Source: an uncultured Phycisphaerales bacterium
Lineage (GTDB): Bacteria > Planctomycetota > Phycisphaerae > Tepidisphaerales > Tepidisphaeraceae
NCBI GenBank assembly: GCA_963755915.1
Contig: CAVWLP010000002.1
Location: 384,001 to 448,000 of the forward strand
Length of the DNA: 64,000 bases
Direction of reading: 5' to 3'
Shown here piece after piece: positions 62,149 through 64,000 of the stretch (positions are counted from its first letter, which is position 1; the number at the start of each line of letters is the position of its first letter). A program made the translations under genes and the position numbers. The notes under the pieces are model-generated. The model searched no databases, was not told the origin of the DNA, and saw only the letters and a list, made by a program, of their open reading frames with translations.

Positions 62149-64000
62149 ATGGATCTCGGCTGCCTCCTTACGTCCCCGCGGAATCTGATGGATATGCCAT
62201 TTTCGGACTCAGTCCCCCCCGCAATCTGGTGGTCCATCGCCATCGTCGCGGGGCTGATTTTCTTCGCCGTGGTCATCGGCATTCGCTGGATTCCCAACAA
62301 CTGCGTGGGGATTATCGAAAAACGCTTTTCGCGCAGGGGATCCGTGCGCGAGGGGCAGATCATGGCGCTCAACGGCGAGGCCGGATACCAGATCGACCTC
62401 CTCCGCGGCGGCGTCCATCTCTTCTATTGGCCGATCCAATATCGCATTCATCGCGTGCCGCTCGTCACGATTTCGCAGGGAAAGATCGGGTACGTCTATG
62501 CGCGCGACGGCAAGCCGCTGCTTCCCAGCCAGACGCTGGGGCACGTGGTCGAGTGCAACAATTTTCAGGACGCGCGCAAGTTCCTGGGACATGGTGGAGA
62601 CGATGCCAGCATCGGGCAGCGCGGCCGGCAGCGGGCGATCATCCGCGAGGGCGTCTATGCCATCAACCTGGGCCTGTTTGTCGTGGTCACGCAGGATTCG
62701 GTCTACCGGCTCGACATGCAGGGCCGGCAGGAATTGGCCACGCTTGTCGGTTGGCAAAAGGAACTGAACGATATTCGCGGCTTTGATCCGGTGGTCATCG
62801 GCGAAGAGGTTTCCGCTGAGGATCCGCTGATATCGGGGAAGCAGATCGTCGTGGACAGCATCGGCATCGTGACCATCCAGGATGGCCCGAGCCTGGCGCC
62901 GGGCGAGATCATCGCGCCGGCCGTCGGCAACGATATTTCCGATGCCAACTATCACAACAACTATCAGGATCCCGAAGCGTTTTTGCGGGCCGGAGGCCGG
63001 CGCGGGCGGCAATATGTGCCGCTGACCGATGGAACTTATTTCATCAACCGCTGGTTCGCGACGATTGAGATCGTCCCCAAGACGGTGGTGCCGATCGGAT
63101 ATGTCGGCGTGGTCGTCAGCTATTACGGGCCGATGGGCGCCGACGTTTCCGGCGAATCCTTCCGCCACGGCGAGCGCGTCGCCCGCGGCGAGCGCGGGGT
63201 CTGGGAAAGGTCGCTGGGACCTGGGCAAATATCCCTTCAACACCTACGCGGGCAAGCTGATTCTCGTGCCGACGACCAACTTCGTGCTGCACTGGATCAC
63301 CGGCAAGAGCGAGGCGCATCATTACGATGAGAGCCTTAAGAGCATCGACCTGGTGACCAAGGACGCGTATGAGCCGCTGCTGCCGCTGAGCATTGTGGTG
63401 CACATCGACTACCAGCGGGCACCCAACGTCATCCAGCGGTTTGGCGACGTGAAGAAGCTGATCACGCAGACGCTGGACCCGATGCTCAGCGCCTATTTCC
63501 GCGACGTGGCCCACAAGAAGACGATGCTGGAGCTATTGCAGCATCGCGATGAAATTCAAGTCGAATCGCGCGCGGAGCTTGCAGAAGCGGTTCCACGAGT
63601 TCGACATCGAATGCGTGGACGTTCTGATCGGCAAGCCGGACACGGCCGAAGGTGCGGGCGTCGGCAAGATCGAAACGCTGCTGGAGCAGCTGCGGCATGC
63701 GCCAGCTCAGCATCGAGCAACTGGAAACGTACGACCGCCAACGTGCGGCCGCGGAGAAGCTGCGCAGCGCTGACCGAAGCCCAGGCGGTGGCGGCCAAGC
63801 AGGCGGAACTGACCAACTCGCAGGTGCAGATCCGCATCGCCGAAAACCAGGGCGACGCCGACCTGGCGCGGTCACGCAAACAGGCCGAGCAGACGGTGGT
63901 GACGGCCGAGGCGGACCTGGCCCGCTCGCGCCGGCAGGCGGAGCAGACGGTGGTCACCGCGCAGGCCGAGAGCCAGTCGCGCATCCTTGCCGGCAAGGGC
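62149..64000 (+). CDS. SPFH/band 7 flotillin-like protein (several frameshifts from ~63220; runs off window)
   Basis: GGAGG RBS; N-terminal TM; TQTLDPMLSAYFRD, DVLIGKP, AEAD coiled-coil repeats. Confidence 0.85.

Overview
GC-rich bacterial window, most likely a planctomycete (Phycisphaerae/Tepidisphaerales-like; inferred from four LEPR-XLL-type secreted proteins, paired GDANLDG dockerin-like repeats and abundant palindromic repeats). About 52 genes. Roughly 20 single-base frameshifts split otherwise intact genes, pointing to uncorrected long-read indels. Content: two-component pair; CGNR/hydrolase/SDR/flavoprotein stress block; ABC-F; four very large secreted proteins; a surface-glycan block (two paralogous Ser/Gly-rich PKD beta-helix proteins, FkbM methyltransferase, MBOAT+SGNH, two GT-C glycosyltransferases); GH2; REC-GGDEF; XRE-APC-MOSC-MOSC; GH57; pstSCA; cobA/hemD; PilZ; tatC; truncated flotillin-like SPFH gene. 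No rRNA, tRNA, CRISPR, transposase or phage genes were recognised. Most notable: (1) a 24-nt micro-element inserted into two unrelated palindromic repeats 41 kb apart; (2) a candidate four-way-junction RNA in the leader of a GT4 gene; (3) the Ser-rich surface protein plus glycan-modification cluster; (4) a four-copy operator array upstream of the XRE-APC-MOSC unit. All calls are by eye, without database searches.
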